Origin: Promethearchaeota archaeon
GTDB taxonomy: Archaea; Asgardarchaeota; Lokiarchaeia; Sigyniarchaeales; SOKP01
Assembly (NCBI GenBank): GCA_018238625.1
Contig: JABCSY010000015.1
Location: forward strand, 1-53,131
DNA: 53,131 nucleotides
Reading direction: 5' to 3'
Of this stretch, positions 37,978 through 47,456 are shown piece by piece. The notes under the pieces were generated by a model, which had not been told where the DNA came from, did not search any database, and saw nothing but the letters and a program-made list of their open reading frames with translations. Numbering within the stretch: position 1 is the first letter of the stretch; the number at the start of each line of letters is the position of its first letter. Both the position numbers and the translations under genes were made by a program.

Positions 37978-38925
37978 TTATATTGAATAATGATCTTGTT
38001 CAGGGTGTACTTTTCGTATAAATGTAGGGTCAAATATGTTTTCTTGCGTAAGTTCCTTTTTAATATAATTAAGATTTTTAAGAGTTTTTACAAATTCCAT
38101 TGTTGCATTTATATAATTTTCTGAAAGGGAAATACAATATTTTGGTGATATTTTTAAAACAGATTCAGCGTAATTTTTGTTAATAATTTCAAAAGTTTTA
38201 GATATCTTCTCTGCTGCTAACGATTGCGAGTTTCTTAGCAGATAAGAAGCTTTTTTATGATGATTAAGAAATTCTATTATTATATCTGGATAGGTTTCAA
38301 TTAAGTTTTCGTGAAGAAATATGCCATAACTAGGATTGTTAGCCCATAAATGCTTAGGTTCGACAATTATATGAGAATCTAAGATGGTTGAAGCGAAAAC
38401 TGCTAATGCTGGGGTTCCCACACCTGCGTCCAAGATACCTTTTTTCATATTCATGGCAATAAATTCTGCTTGTCCATAATTTTTAACATCAACTTCATTT
38501 GATAGATCGTACTTTTTCAAAAAATAGCTTAAAATAACTTCATGTATAGAACCTTTGCTCGTAACACCAATTAATTTTCCTTTAAATTGAGAAAGAACTT
38601 CAGCCATATTATTATCCAATTGATTCATATCTTTGTATTCTTTTTTAGCAATCATAATAGTTCCTTCAACATGACCTCCAGCAACACATTTAATTGGAAC
38701 ACCTTTATCAATCCCAATAATTGCAGGAGGTAATCCCATATAACCAATATCTAACTTTTTATTCTTGAAAGCCTCGATCATAGCTGGTCCTGTCCCAAAA
38801 AGAATCCAATTGATATCTATTTTAAGATCATTTCCTAAATCGTCACTTTCCATTAAGATAAAATTAGTGTGGTAAGCAGTAGACAGATGCCCAATGTTTA
38901 GTTTATTTTTTCTAATGTAAATCAC
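37978..38925 (-). CDS. NitT/TauT (SsuA/NMT1-like) solute-binding-fold protein, orphan
   Basis: FGTGPAMIEAF...LDIGYMGLPPAI; GKLIGV..KGSIH. Confidence 0.85.
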   Translation of the reverse strand: MIYIRKNKLNIGHLSTAYHTNFILMESDDLGNDLKIDINWILFGTGPAMIEAFKNKKLDIGYMGLPPAIIGIDKGVPIKCVAGGHVEGTIMIAKKEYKDMNQLDNNMAEVLSQFKGKLIGVTSKGSIHEVILSYFLKKYDLSNEVDVKNYGQAEFIAMNMKKGILDAGVGTPALAVFASTILDSHIIVEPKHLWANNPSYGIFLHENLIETYPDIIIEFLNHHKKASYLLRNSQSLAAEKISKTFEIINKNYAESVLKISPKYCISLSENYINATMEFVKTLKNLNYIKKELTQENIFDPTFIRKVHPEQDHYSI

Positions 38926-39095
38926 TTAATTTTATTATATAATATCCGCAATAATAGCGATAATATTTAAATTTTATAACCATAAAAAATAATTACCTAA
39001 ATTTCTAATATATTTATGAATTGAAATATAAAGTGGAAATATAATTTTAAGGGGTTATTTCAACGATTGAAATAAAAATTTTCTTTTTATCTTTA

Positions 39096-39350
39096 TTGGC
39101 AGACATTACAGGAATAGAAGAAGTTATAATGTCGTTTGAGAATAACTCAACCATTAAAGATGTATTAAAAGAATTGAACTTAAAATTTGGAAAGGATTTT
39201 GAAAATTCTGTAATGAAAGCTCCAGATTTATTAAGTAAATACATTCTTATAGGAAAAAATGGAAAAGATATTCGTTCTTTTGAAGGTTTGATTACCACTG
39301 TTCAAGAAGGAGATGAAGTTTTCTTATTACCTGCCATAGCTGGAGGATAG
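39096..39350 (+). CDS. MoaD/ThiS/SAMP ubiquitin-like sulfur carrier (true start probably 39057-39066)
   Basis: C-terminal GDEVFLLPAIAGG; frame open upstream to a stop at 39048. Confidence 0.9.
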   Translation: MADITGIEEVIMSFENNSTIKDVLKELNLKFGKDFENSVMKAPDLLSKYILIGKNGKDIRSFEGLITTVQEGDEVFLLPAIAGG

Positions 39351-39382
39351 GGGGCTTATTTGTGATGCCATTATTCAGATTT

Positions 39383-39649
39383 TCATAATTTCTCTAATAT
39401 TAGGATCCATTCGTGTTTTTCGGGATTTAATTCTTTTATTTTTATGACTTTAGCTAAATTTTGTCGTTTACAACTTTCAGGGATATTCTTGAGAGCTGCA
39501 GGGAAATCCAAGTGAACTTCTAAAATACTACCTTCTTCGAGCTCTTCCAGAGTTAGTTTAGTAAGTACAAATGTCATTGGGCATACTTCTCCCCGGATAT
39601 CTAAGTATTCAACATCATTTTGTTTTTTCATATTATTCATTGCAGACAT
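39383..39649 (-). CDS. tusA: TusA/SirA-family sulfurtransferase
   Basis: LDIRGEVCPM motif, G.ILEV.LD. Confidence 0.88.
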   Translation of the reverse strand: MSAMNNMKKQNDVEYLDIRGEVCPMTFVLTKLTLEELEEGSILEVHLDFPAALKNIPESCKRQNLAKVIKIKELNPEKHEWILILEKL

Positions 39650-40442
39650 TTTCCCCCTCGTAATTAAATATTTCTACTAAGTCCTTTGCGTTGTCACCAC
39701 ATGCGATACAATTATTATCCCTATATACCTCGATAAAATCAAAATTGTTCCTTAAAAGATCAACATACATAATTTTATTTGTTATAAGCTCACCTATACC
39801 TAAAATACTTTTAATTGCCTCATTAGCTTCTAAACATCCTAAAACGCCAGGTATAAACCCAATTACTCCTGCTTGAGAACACGACATACTCGGATCGCCT
39901 CCGGTTATATCACCGAACACACACCTATAGCAACTTGTTTTATCTTTTGGAACTACCGTCATTAATTGTCCTTGGAATCTCAAAACGCCTGCAATTGTAA
40001 ACGGTGTTTTTAAATTTATACATGTATCATTAATTAGCATTTTGGTTGAAAGGTTGTCCGATCCTTCAATAACAAAGTCCGAATCTTTAAGGATATCTTT
40101 TGAATTATTGGCTGTAATTCTTTCATTTACGATTTCAATGGTACAATCAGGGTTTAGCAAGTTAAGCTTTTCCACAGCGCTCTCAGTTTTTTTCTTGCTA
40201 ATGTCTTTTGTAAAATGAAGAATTTGTCTGTGCAAATTTGACATTTCCACAATATCAAAATCTATTATTTGTAAACTTCCAACACCCGCTGCTGCTAAAT
40301 AGTAGGCGGCAGGAGATCCGAGAGCACCTAAACCAATTAAAGAAATTTTTGAATTTAATAATTCTCTTTGCCCGATTCCTCCAACTTCCTTTAAAACTAT
40401 TTGACGCGAATATCTTTTAATTTGTTCGTTAGTTAGATCCAT
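39633..40442 (-). CDS. moeB: MoeB/ThiF/UbaA E1-like adenylyltransferase
   Basis: RYSRQ, GLGALG, DFDIVEMSNLHRQ, CYRC, SCSQAG, CIAC. Confidence 0.92.
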   Translation of the reverse strand: MDLTNEQIKRYSRQIVLKEVGGIGQRELLNSKISLIGLGALGSPAAYYLAAAGVGSLQIIDFDIVEMSNLHRQILHFTKDISKKKTESAVEKLNLLNPDCTIEIVNERITANNSKDILKDSDFVIEGSDNLSTKMLINDTCINLKTPFTIAGVLRFQGQLMTVVPKDKTSCYRCVFGDITGGDPSMSCSQAGVIGFIPGVLGCLEANEAIKSILGIGELITNKIMYVDLLRNNFDFIEVYRDNNCIACGDNAKDLVEIFNYEGENVCNE

Positions 40443-40567
40443 ATATAATCGTTTCGAATAAAATGTTTAATAAAGAAAACTCTTTAGATTATAAAAAAAA
40501 AGTTGCAATTTTTACATTCTTATTTTATATAAAATTAAAAATGAACAGTATCAAGCAAAGTAAAAAC

Positions 40568-41113
40568 TTACTTTCGGATTAAAGTACCGATTTTTCCCCC
40601 AATTTTTAGCCTAGAATTACCTTGCACGCCTTCAAATATGCATTCCTCAATTAAATCGTAAATAGAATGCTTTAACGCGATTAAAGGTATTTTTTGAATC
40701 TCTTTTATTTCTATTAACTCGTCTATCGTAATAGACTCTCCAGGCGAAATAATAGACTTAATGAATTTTTTAATATCAGCTAAATCTGTTGTAACTGTAA
40801 TAATATCGCGCTCGTCCTTTTTCGATAGAGAAACTTTAGATACGCTTATTTCGGACATTAAAAACCTAACCTGTTCTTCGAGTAATTTAACTCTTCCTTT
40901 CAACTCTGATATTGCGTTTTTACTAGTCTTTCTTGGAATAGATTTTTGCGCTAAATATTTATTTATGAGTTGCTCAAGATATGTTTCTTCAATACCAGCA
41001 TTTTCTATGGTGGCAATTTTCTCTGTTTTCTTAGTGTTTTTTTTAAATTTAATCCCGCACTCTTTAGCTAACCGGTCCAATAGGGAAACAGTTAAATCGT
41101 TCAAACTTGCCAT
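40568..41113 (-). CDS. Hypothetical protein (Rho-N/HEH-like N-terminus, coiled coil, possible winged helix)
   Basis: LNDLTVSLLDRLAKECGI...KTEKI; heptad ISELKGRVKLLEEQV. Confidence 0.65.
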   Translation of the reverse strand: MASLNDLTVSLLDRLAKECGIKFKKNTKKTEKIATIENAGIEETYLEQLINKYLAQKSIPRKTSKNAISELKGRVKLLEEQVRFLMSEISVSKVSLSKKDERDIITVTTDLADIKKFIKSIISPGESITIDELIEIKEIQKIPLIALKHSIYDLIEECIFEGVQGNSRLKIGGKIGTLIRK

Positions 41114-41283
41114 TTAAAGTCATTCACGAATATTTTATTATTTTTCTTTAATCTATGTTAGGAGAATTATTACTTAAATAAAATTGTTGTAACAGATTTT
41201 AAAAACATCGTTATTAAAATTTAGAAATCTTGAAAAATTATTTTAAAAAAAATTTAACTAAAAAAAAGAAGTAATAGTTAAGC

Positions 41284-42105
41284 CTATTCATTCAAAAAAT
41301 CAAGTATTAACTTGTTTACCTGAGGAGCGTATTCTAAAAATACGTGATGACCTGCTTTATCAATGAATTCTATTCTGCTATTCGGAAGATTTTCGTTTAA
41401 CTCGTCCATTACCAATTTTGGAGACAGTTTATCGTTGGAAGCCGCGATTAACAAAGTCGGATGAGGAATTTGGGAAAGCTTATCCGTTGTATCGTGCGTA
41501 TCAATTGCATCCGCTAAAAACTTATAATCGTGAGGGGTCATTTGGTCTTCCGTAGTCTCTTTAATTAGGTCCTCTGCTGACCACAATCCATGAAATTTCT
41601 TTTGAGGGTCTGCTTTCATTTCTTTTATGAACGCTCTAAAATGTGTTAATTTGCAATAGTCCCAAAATGCTTGCTCTTTGTTCTCCTTCCGAAGTTCAAA
41701 AAACCTACTCATGCTTCCTTCCATCATGTGAATACCTGCTCCTTTATGATTAGTTCCAACTAAAATTAATTTATTGGCATATTCTGGGTATTTTAACGCA
41801 AAATTTTGAGTCACCCAACCACCCATCGATTGACCCATTAGATGAGCTTTTTCTATTTTTAGAAAATCCAATAAACCTTTTAAATCGTCAACTAATGTAT
41901 CTATCGTATAAGGATCTTTAGGGCGTTCTGATTTTCCAGAGCTACGGCAATCGTAAGTGATAACCTTAAAATCTTTTGATAAAGCACCAACTTGAGCCAT
42001 CCAAACTTCCTTTTTTGCGCCAAAACCATGAAGTAACACGAGAGGGTATCCATCTCCATTAACTTCGTAAAAAAGTGATGTTCCATTTACATCTGCAAAC
42101 GACAT
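41284..42105 (-). CDS. Alpha/beta hydrolase
   Basis: LLHGFG, GQSMGG, ND acid, AGH. Confidence 0.92.
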   Translation of the reverse strand: MSFADVNGTSLFYEVNGDGYPLVLLHGFGAKKEVWMAQVGALSKDFKVITYDCRSSGKSERPKDPYTIDTLVDDLKGLLDFLKIEKAHLMGQSMGGWVTQNFALKYPEYANKLILVGTNHKGAGIHMMEGSMSRFFELRKENKEQAFWDYCKLTHFRAFIKEMKADPQKKFHGLWSAEDLIKETTEDQMTPHDYKFLADAIDTHDTTDKLSQIPHPTLLIAASNDKLSPKLVMDELNENLPNSRIEFIDKAGHHVFLEYAPQVNKLILDFLNE

Positions 42106-42304
42106 AATATTTATTTAAATCAAATCTCACTTATAACTTTTAAAATTCAATTGATATTTCAAAATAAAATATAGGCTAAAAAACAAAAAAAATCTAATCT
42201 CTATTAACGTTTTTTTTAAAAATTTAACAAAATTTATTATAAATGATATCTACTTCTAATGTGAAGAGTACAAATATAGACATGTGCTCTAATAGGTTTT
42301 AAAA

Positions 42305-42553
42305 ATGGTAAAAGGAACAGTTAAATGGTTTGACAGCCGTAAGGGCTTTGGATTTATAACGCGTGAAGATGGTTCGGGTGATATATTCGTTCATTTCTCG
42401 GCAATCAAGGGAGATGATGACGAATTTAAAATCATCTATGAAGGAGACATCGTAGAATTTGAGATCACAGAGGGACAGAAAGGTCCTCAAGCAACAGACC
42501 TCACTATTGTCGAAAGAGGACCGCGCGAAGATTATAGATCAAAACGATATTAA
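42305..42553 (+). CDS. cspA: Cold-shock domain protein
   Basis: [15 protein letters not shown] (RNP1), DIFVHFSAI (RNP2), KGPQA. Confidence 0.95.
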   Translation: MVKGTVKWFDSRKGFGFITREDGSGDIFVHFSAIKGDDDEFKIIYEGDIVEFEITEGQKGPQATDLTIVERGPREDYRSKRY

Positions 42554-42816
42554 GAATTATCGTAATAGTAGTTTAGAACACGCATCAAAAATAAATATAT
42601 ATTAAAGGAAATATCAGAATAATAGAAACGCACAAAATGCTCTTGAATGGGAGAAAATTTTTACTTTTTATTGGTTTTGATTTGAATTTCCCCCTTTTTT
42701 TTTATTACATTTTTTTTATTATAATTAATCAAATTTGAAATACTCAAATAGAATTAGTGTTACTCATTTTTATATGTCAAATTATATATTGCTAAAATTA
42801 TATTATTGAACTTGAA

Positions 42817-43860
42817 ATGGTAATCCTTTTCGAATCCTTTGGTAACTTTACCACTGGGCAGACTTCATACTTGGCTCTCGTTTCAAAAAAATCCAGAGGT
42901 AGCATCAAGTTAACTGACAAGGAGTTTTCTTTTAAATCCGAAAAAGATAACATATTATTTCAACTGAGAATACACGATATTGAAAATTTTTCTATAAGAA
43001 ATCGATTAAAAATTCCAACGATCGAATTAATAAGCGTTCAAGGAATCGTTTATTCGTTTTATCCTCATAAAAAAGAAAATAGCTCTCTTTCTACGTCAAA
43101 AAAATCAACAGAAGAACTTTTTAGACAACTAGCAAGGATTACTTACAAAAGTGAAAGCCCGATTTTATTTGAAACTAAAGGCGGTTTTATGGACGACGGT
43201 TCCATTGACGAGAATTATGCCTCTAAATCGTTAAAAGGGATTATTTTTTTAAACGAGAATTATTTGTTTTTCAAACCTTTTAACGAGAAAACGATGTACC
43301 AAATTGCTATATTGAATATTCTAAAAATTATAAAACAGGATACCAATTTAGGTCCATCTATAAAGATTCAAACGAATCAAAACAAAATTTATTCGTACAT
43401 AGCGCTCAAAAAACAATTGGGCTTGTTTGTAAAAAATAAATCAAAAACGGAAAAATTGTTTGAAATTATACACCAAGCGAAGATATATAAAACATCAGAG
43501 CAAATCCGTTTAGAAAAAGAAGATAAAGAACGAATCGAACGGGTCAAATCGATGATGGAAGTCTCAAATCGTTTAAGGCTTGATATGATGCGTGTTGCGT
43601 TGGACATGGACGAAAAGGGTTTTACGGAAAAGGTGTTCCAATGGGCAAAACGATTTAAGTTTTTAATAGATGGGGACTATTTGATCGTTAATCAAGATAC
43701 AGTTGAAGATTTCCTCAACGATTTGTCAACTGGAACGAGCGTTTTATTACGAAGGGGGTTAAAAATAAGTTGCCAATTTTGCGATAAAAAGATTGATTCC
43801 AACGCAAAGATATGTCCGTATTGCGGGAAGGAATTGGGGCTAACAAGGAAAGATGTTTAA
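42817..43860 (+). CDS. Protein with two PH/GRAM-like repeats, a helical domain and a C-terminal Zn ribbon
   Basis: ILFE..G...RGSIKLTDKEFSFK and ILFE..G...KGIIFLNENYLFFK; CQFC...CPYCG. Confidence 0.7.
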   Translation: MVILFESFGNFTTGQTSYLALVSKKSRGSIKLTDKEFSFKSEKDNILFQLRIHDIENFSIRNRLKIPTIELISVQGIVYSFYPHKKENSSLSTSKKSTEELFRQLARITYKSESPILFETKGGFMDDGSIDENYASKSLKGIIFLNENYLFFKPFNEKTMYQIAILNILKIIKQDTNLGPSIKIQTNQNKIYSYIALKKQLGLFVKNKSKTEKLFEIIHQAKIYKTSEQIRLEKEDKERIERVKSMMEVSNRLRLDMMRVALDMDEKGFTEKVFQWAKRFKFLIDGDYLIVNQDTVEDFLNDLSTGTSVLLRRGLKISCQFCDKKIDSNAKICPYCGKELGLTRKDV

Positions 43861-43915
43861 AAAAATAGAGTTATTAGCGGAAAAATAATAAATTTAAAAA
43901 GATTCTATATAAGAG

Positions 43916-45280
43916 TTAATCTCCCCATTGAACTAAGCGTCGCTCTCCTTCCAGCGTTTTAATGTGAGTAACGTCTTGCGATACTTCTAATGTACCAACA
44001 TATTTGCCTTGGTCGTCCCTTACTGCGAAATATCGAATGTTCGCAAATATATCGCCAAGTTGTATCCAAAATTCGGCTACGCTCTTTTCCCCGCTTTTAA
44101 ATTTCGTTACAATATCCTCTACAATATGCATTGATTTTGGGGGGTGGCATTTTTGGACCTTCCTCCCTATAACCGCTGGGCTCCTTGGAAATAGACGCTC
44201 GTCAGTTGCAGAATAATATTTTACTTCGTCGTTAACATCAACAAACGAGATATCAATAGGTAAATGTTTTAACATTAGGTTGATCTGCTTTAAAGTTAAC
44301 TTGCCAGTATCTAAATCAAACAAATTCGAGGATTCTAACTTGATTTCAGGGGCATGAACATCGCCAGGCGTTACTGGTTTCCATTTATCTCCAGGGCGCA
44401 CCCAAACATAACCAATCTCTTCTTCGCCGCGTTTAACACGAGCCCAATCTGATTCTTTAAATTTTTCAAGCGCCATCGGAAATAAAATGTGCTCTTCTTT
44501 GTAGATCATCTCATCCACTTTTTCTATGAGCTCTTCGATACTTTCAAGCTTATTTTCTTTAAAACCTGCTCGAATCTCGTCGTGAACTGCCCATATTACT
44601 TGAGGTGGTCCAGAAATGTCTAAATTTTCTAGTATTGGAAAAAGTTGATTCTCAATGCGAGTATAATGAATCTCTAATTTTGCGAGTTCTTTTAATAGTT
44701 CTAATTTATTCTCATCGGCAGCTGATCGTATTTTCTGAATTAAATCCATTGCTATCTTATTTTCTTCCATATAAGTGTGAATAGGATGTCCTGGAACCGT
44801 TTCTGGGCGCTCCTTTTCGTCCAGCATATCTTTAAATAATTCTACGTGGATATCGCATAGTTCAGTAATTTGATCTGCTTCCAGAATCCCCTCATCAATT
44901 AAGCTTTGTTCCATCTCACCTATTTCAGCTGAAGATACATCTACTAAAATGTCTTTAAACCGTTGTTTAAGGCCCTCGAGCTCCGCTCCCTTGTGCATGT
45001 CAATTACGAGTTCTTTTAATTGTTCTTTTCGTTGAGTTTTTAATTCCTCTATCTCTTCTGAAGTTTTACCCATCAATACTTCAATTACTTGGAGAATTTT
45101 GCTCAAATCAACGTCAATTAGTTTTGAAACGTCCTTTATTGTAGCGCTTTTTCCAATAGTTCTTCTTACTATTGGATTTTTAAGGCGCTTAATTTTCGGC
45201 GATAACTTAAGTAATTCGTTGTAGACGTGCGGAAACTGTTTAATTAAGGGTAATATCTTAGTTTTTTTATTTATATCCAT
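43916..45280 (-). CDS. DUF438-like / hemerythrin-like / PAS domain protein
   Basis: LCDIH, GHPIHTYMEEN, HYTR.EN.LFP, KEEHILFP, GRKVQKCHPPKS, GTLEVSQD. Confidence 0.88.
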   Translation of the reverse strand: MDINKKTKILPLIKQFPHVYNELLKLSPKIKRLKNPIVRRTIGKSATIKDVSKLIDVDLSKILQVIEVLMGKTSEEIEELKTQRKEQLKELVIDMHKGAELEGLKQRFKDILVDVSSAEIGEMEQSLIDEGILEADQITELCDIHVELFKDMLDEKERPETVPGHPIHTYMEENKIAMDLIQKIRSAADENKLELLKELAKLEIHYTRIENQLFPILENLDISGPPQVIWAVHDEIRAGFKENKLESIEELIEKVDEMIYKEEHILFPMALEKFKESDWARVKRGEEEIGYVWVRPGDKWKPVTPGDVHAPEIKLESSNLFDLDTGKLTLKQINLMLKHLPIDISFVDVNDEVKYYSATDERLFPRSPAVIGRKVQKCHPPKSMHIVEDIVTKFKSGEKSVAEFWIQLGDIFANIRYFAVRDDQGKYVGTLEVSQDVTHIKTLEGERRLVQWGD

Positions 45281-45416
45281 ATTATTACTACCTTTGTGTA
45301 AATAATTGCTCTAAGCTATATCAACACAATATTCAATTTAATTTTTTTTGTTAACATGTTCTTTTGAAAAATCGATAAAATAATATATAAAAGTTTTGTT
45401 TTTAATTGGATTCAAA

Positions 45417-46250
45417 TTAACCTAAGATAATTTTATAGAGCTCTTTAGCGAATTGTGGCTGAAATTTTAATAATTTATTGGAATCCAAGGTTAAAATTCT
45501 GAATTTTACAAAGATTTCGTTGCTAAAGTCTAAAACATGAAAGTGTGGTTGAAAACCAAAGATTTCTCCGTATTTATCGCATAAGCTGTTAAATTGATCT
45601 ACCTTGATACGGAATTCTCCGAACGGAACTCGCATATTGAAAGTGTAAGAATGTATTATCTTTTTACGGCCTTCAGAAAACGAGTTAAAAAAGGTTTTGA
45701 TATCATTCTCTTCTTGTTTTCTAATAACCTCGCTATAAGCATCAATGTCTAATCGAGCGTTGCCAACGTCTTGCGGAGCTCGAATTTGCCTTTTGAAGTG
45801 AAAATATTTCTTTCTTGATTTGGGTTTTATCGTATAGTTTAACACTATTGAGGAAACAACATCAGAATTGGAGATTTCTACGATAATGTGGTCAAACGTC
45901 TCAATAACGACTTTTGTAAGCGTAATAGACTTAATTACGCCCTTATAACCTGAAATTTTAACTACATCGCCAACATCAATAGGATCTATTATCCATAATA
46001 GTACCCCTGCTACAAAATTAGAAAAAATTCCGCTTGTTATGAACGCTAAAGCTGTGCTTAATGCACCCGTTACTATTGCGGTGGTTTCGGGAGGGAGCGT
46101 TGCGAACGATGGAAATCCGTTTATTACAAAGTAAAGTAGGGTTAATATCGATGCTATTCTAATTACAAATATTAAATTATTTTTTTTTACTATAGGGATT
46201 TTCACTATTCGACTAAATAAATACGGTAAAAGCTTGTTAACAATAACCAA
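45417..46250 (-). CDS. MscS-family mechanosensitive channel (possible ATA start at 46313)
   Basis: SNFVAG....PIDVGDVVKI...GVIKSI. Confidence 0.85.
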   Translation of the reverse strand: MVIVNKLLPYLFSRIVKIPIVKKNNLIFVIRIASILTLLYFVINGFPSFATLPPETTAIVTGALSTALAFITSGIFSNFVAGVLLWIIDPIDVGDVVKISGYKGVIKSITLTKVVIETFDHIIVEISNSDVVSSIVLNYTIKPKSRKKYFHFKRQIRAPQDVGNARLDIDAYSEVIRKQEENDIKTFFNSFSEGRKKIIHSYTFNMRVPFGEFRIKVDQFNSLCDKYGEIFGFQPHFHVLDFSNEIFVKFRILTLDSNKLLKFQPQFAKELYKIILG

Positions 46251-46309
46251 TGAAATGACAATAATAAAAACAAAAACAAGCGCTTCAGGATCACTATTAA
46301 AGATTGAGC

Positions 46310-47314
46310 TTATTTTTCATCACCCTCGTCTTCTAATTTTAAAGCAGCAAGACTTTCTTGGTATTTATCCCAACCCTTATAAATTCTATCGGGATATAAA
46401 GCAAAGAGAATGTCTCTAAGAAAAGAATCCAAGTAATTCAAAATAATTACCGGATTCTCTGACTTCACATGCAATCTAACCCGAACACGTCCAAATCGCG
46501 TGGTGTCAACAGTATAATCGGGTTTGATGCCGAATATTGGTTCATAAGCGTTAAATACATTCAGTAGTATCTCATCGAGCTTTATTGGGTCTAAGGACCC
46601 TAAAATTTCTAGTTTTTTAGTGTATGTAGTTGTTTTAATCTGCGCCGATAAGACCTTATTTATCATCTTAACATAAACTTTATAGTGCTTACTTTTATGA
46701 AATTCTTCTTTCTTTAACGGTTCGAATATTTTAAACTTATCGTGAGTGAATTTCACTATAGTAGAACCGTAAACGCTACTGTTTGGAATCTTAATCTCAA
46801 CTCCGTCAAACTCCTGTATTTTAGTATAATTTAAATTGGTTTCTCTTACAATTCCTTGTATACCGTTGGTTTCTATCAAATCCCCTATTTCAAATTTCCC
46901 TGACGATAACAAAAGCGCTCCTGAAGCCATATTATTAATGATATTTTTAAAATTTAACGATACAGCAACTATTAAAAATGGAACTATTGCGAAAAATAAA
47001 GTATGTTCAATAACATACAATAACCAAAATAAGAAAATGCTCCATATAATAGATACAGTAATTGAAACAACAGTCCTATAAGAGTGTTTTTTGAATAAAT
47101 AAGCAGCAAAGCTATTTAATGGTTTGCGTACGATGTAAATGATTATATTTATTACAATCAAGTTTTTTACAGATTGCTCCCAAGGTGAAAGATAAAGAAC
47201 CCATAATGCGATGATAACGAGTACTAAATAAATGAGGAAGTAGAATTTTTTTTTCATAATTTTATATTTTGATGGTTTATTTATAAAACTGTTGTAAAAC
47301 TCCATAAACATCAA
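46310..47314 (-). CDS. MscS-family mechanosensitive channel
   Basis: NNMASG...FEIGDLIE...GIV.E.NL.YT.I..FDG....IPNS. Confidence 0.88.
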   Translation of the reverse strand: MMFMEFYNSFINKPSKYKIMKKKFYFLIYLVLVIIALWVLYLSPWEQSVKNLIVINIIIYIVRKPLNSFAAYLFKKHSYRTVVSITVSIIWSIFLFWLLYVIEHTLFFAIVPFLIVAVSLNFKNIINNMASGALLLSSGKFEIGDLIETNGIQGIVRETNLNYTKIQEFDGVEIKIPNSSVYGSTIVKFTHDKFKIFEPLKKEEFHKSKHYKVYVKMINKVLSAQIKTTTYTKKLEILGSLDPIKLDEILLNVFNAYEPIFGIKPDYTVDTTRFGRVRVRLHVKSENPVIILNYLDSFLRDILFALYPDRIYKGWDKYQESLAALKLEDEGDEK

Positions 47315-47456
47315 TGTGAAGTAATTAGAACCTAAAACAACGATACTTAAGCTTTTTTTGGGGGGATTATTTTTAATAAACTATTTATGTCAAATTAACC
47401 TAAATTTTATTTAGCGACAAAATACATTTCTGTAAAAATGTGAGGTATGCGAAAAA

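Noticed and set aside
42554-42720. Possible structured RNA downstream of the cold-shock gene
   Set aside because: Only weak pairing (gggagaaaattt / aatttccccc) before a T-run; fits a 3' UTR or terminator
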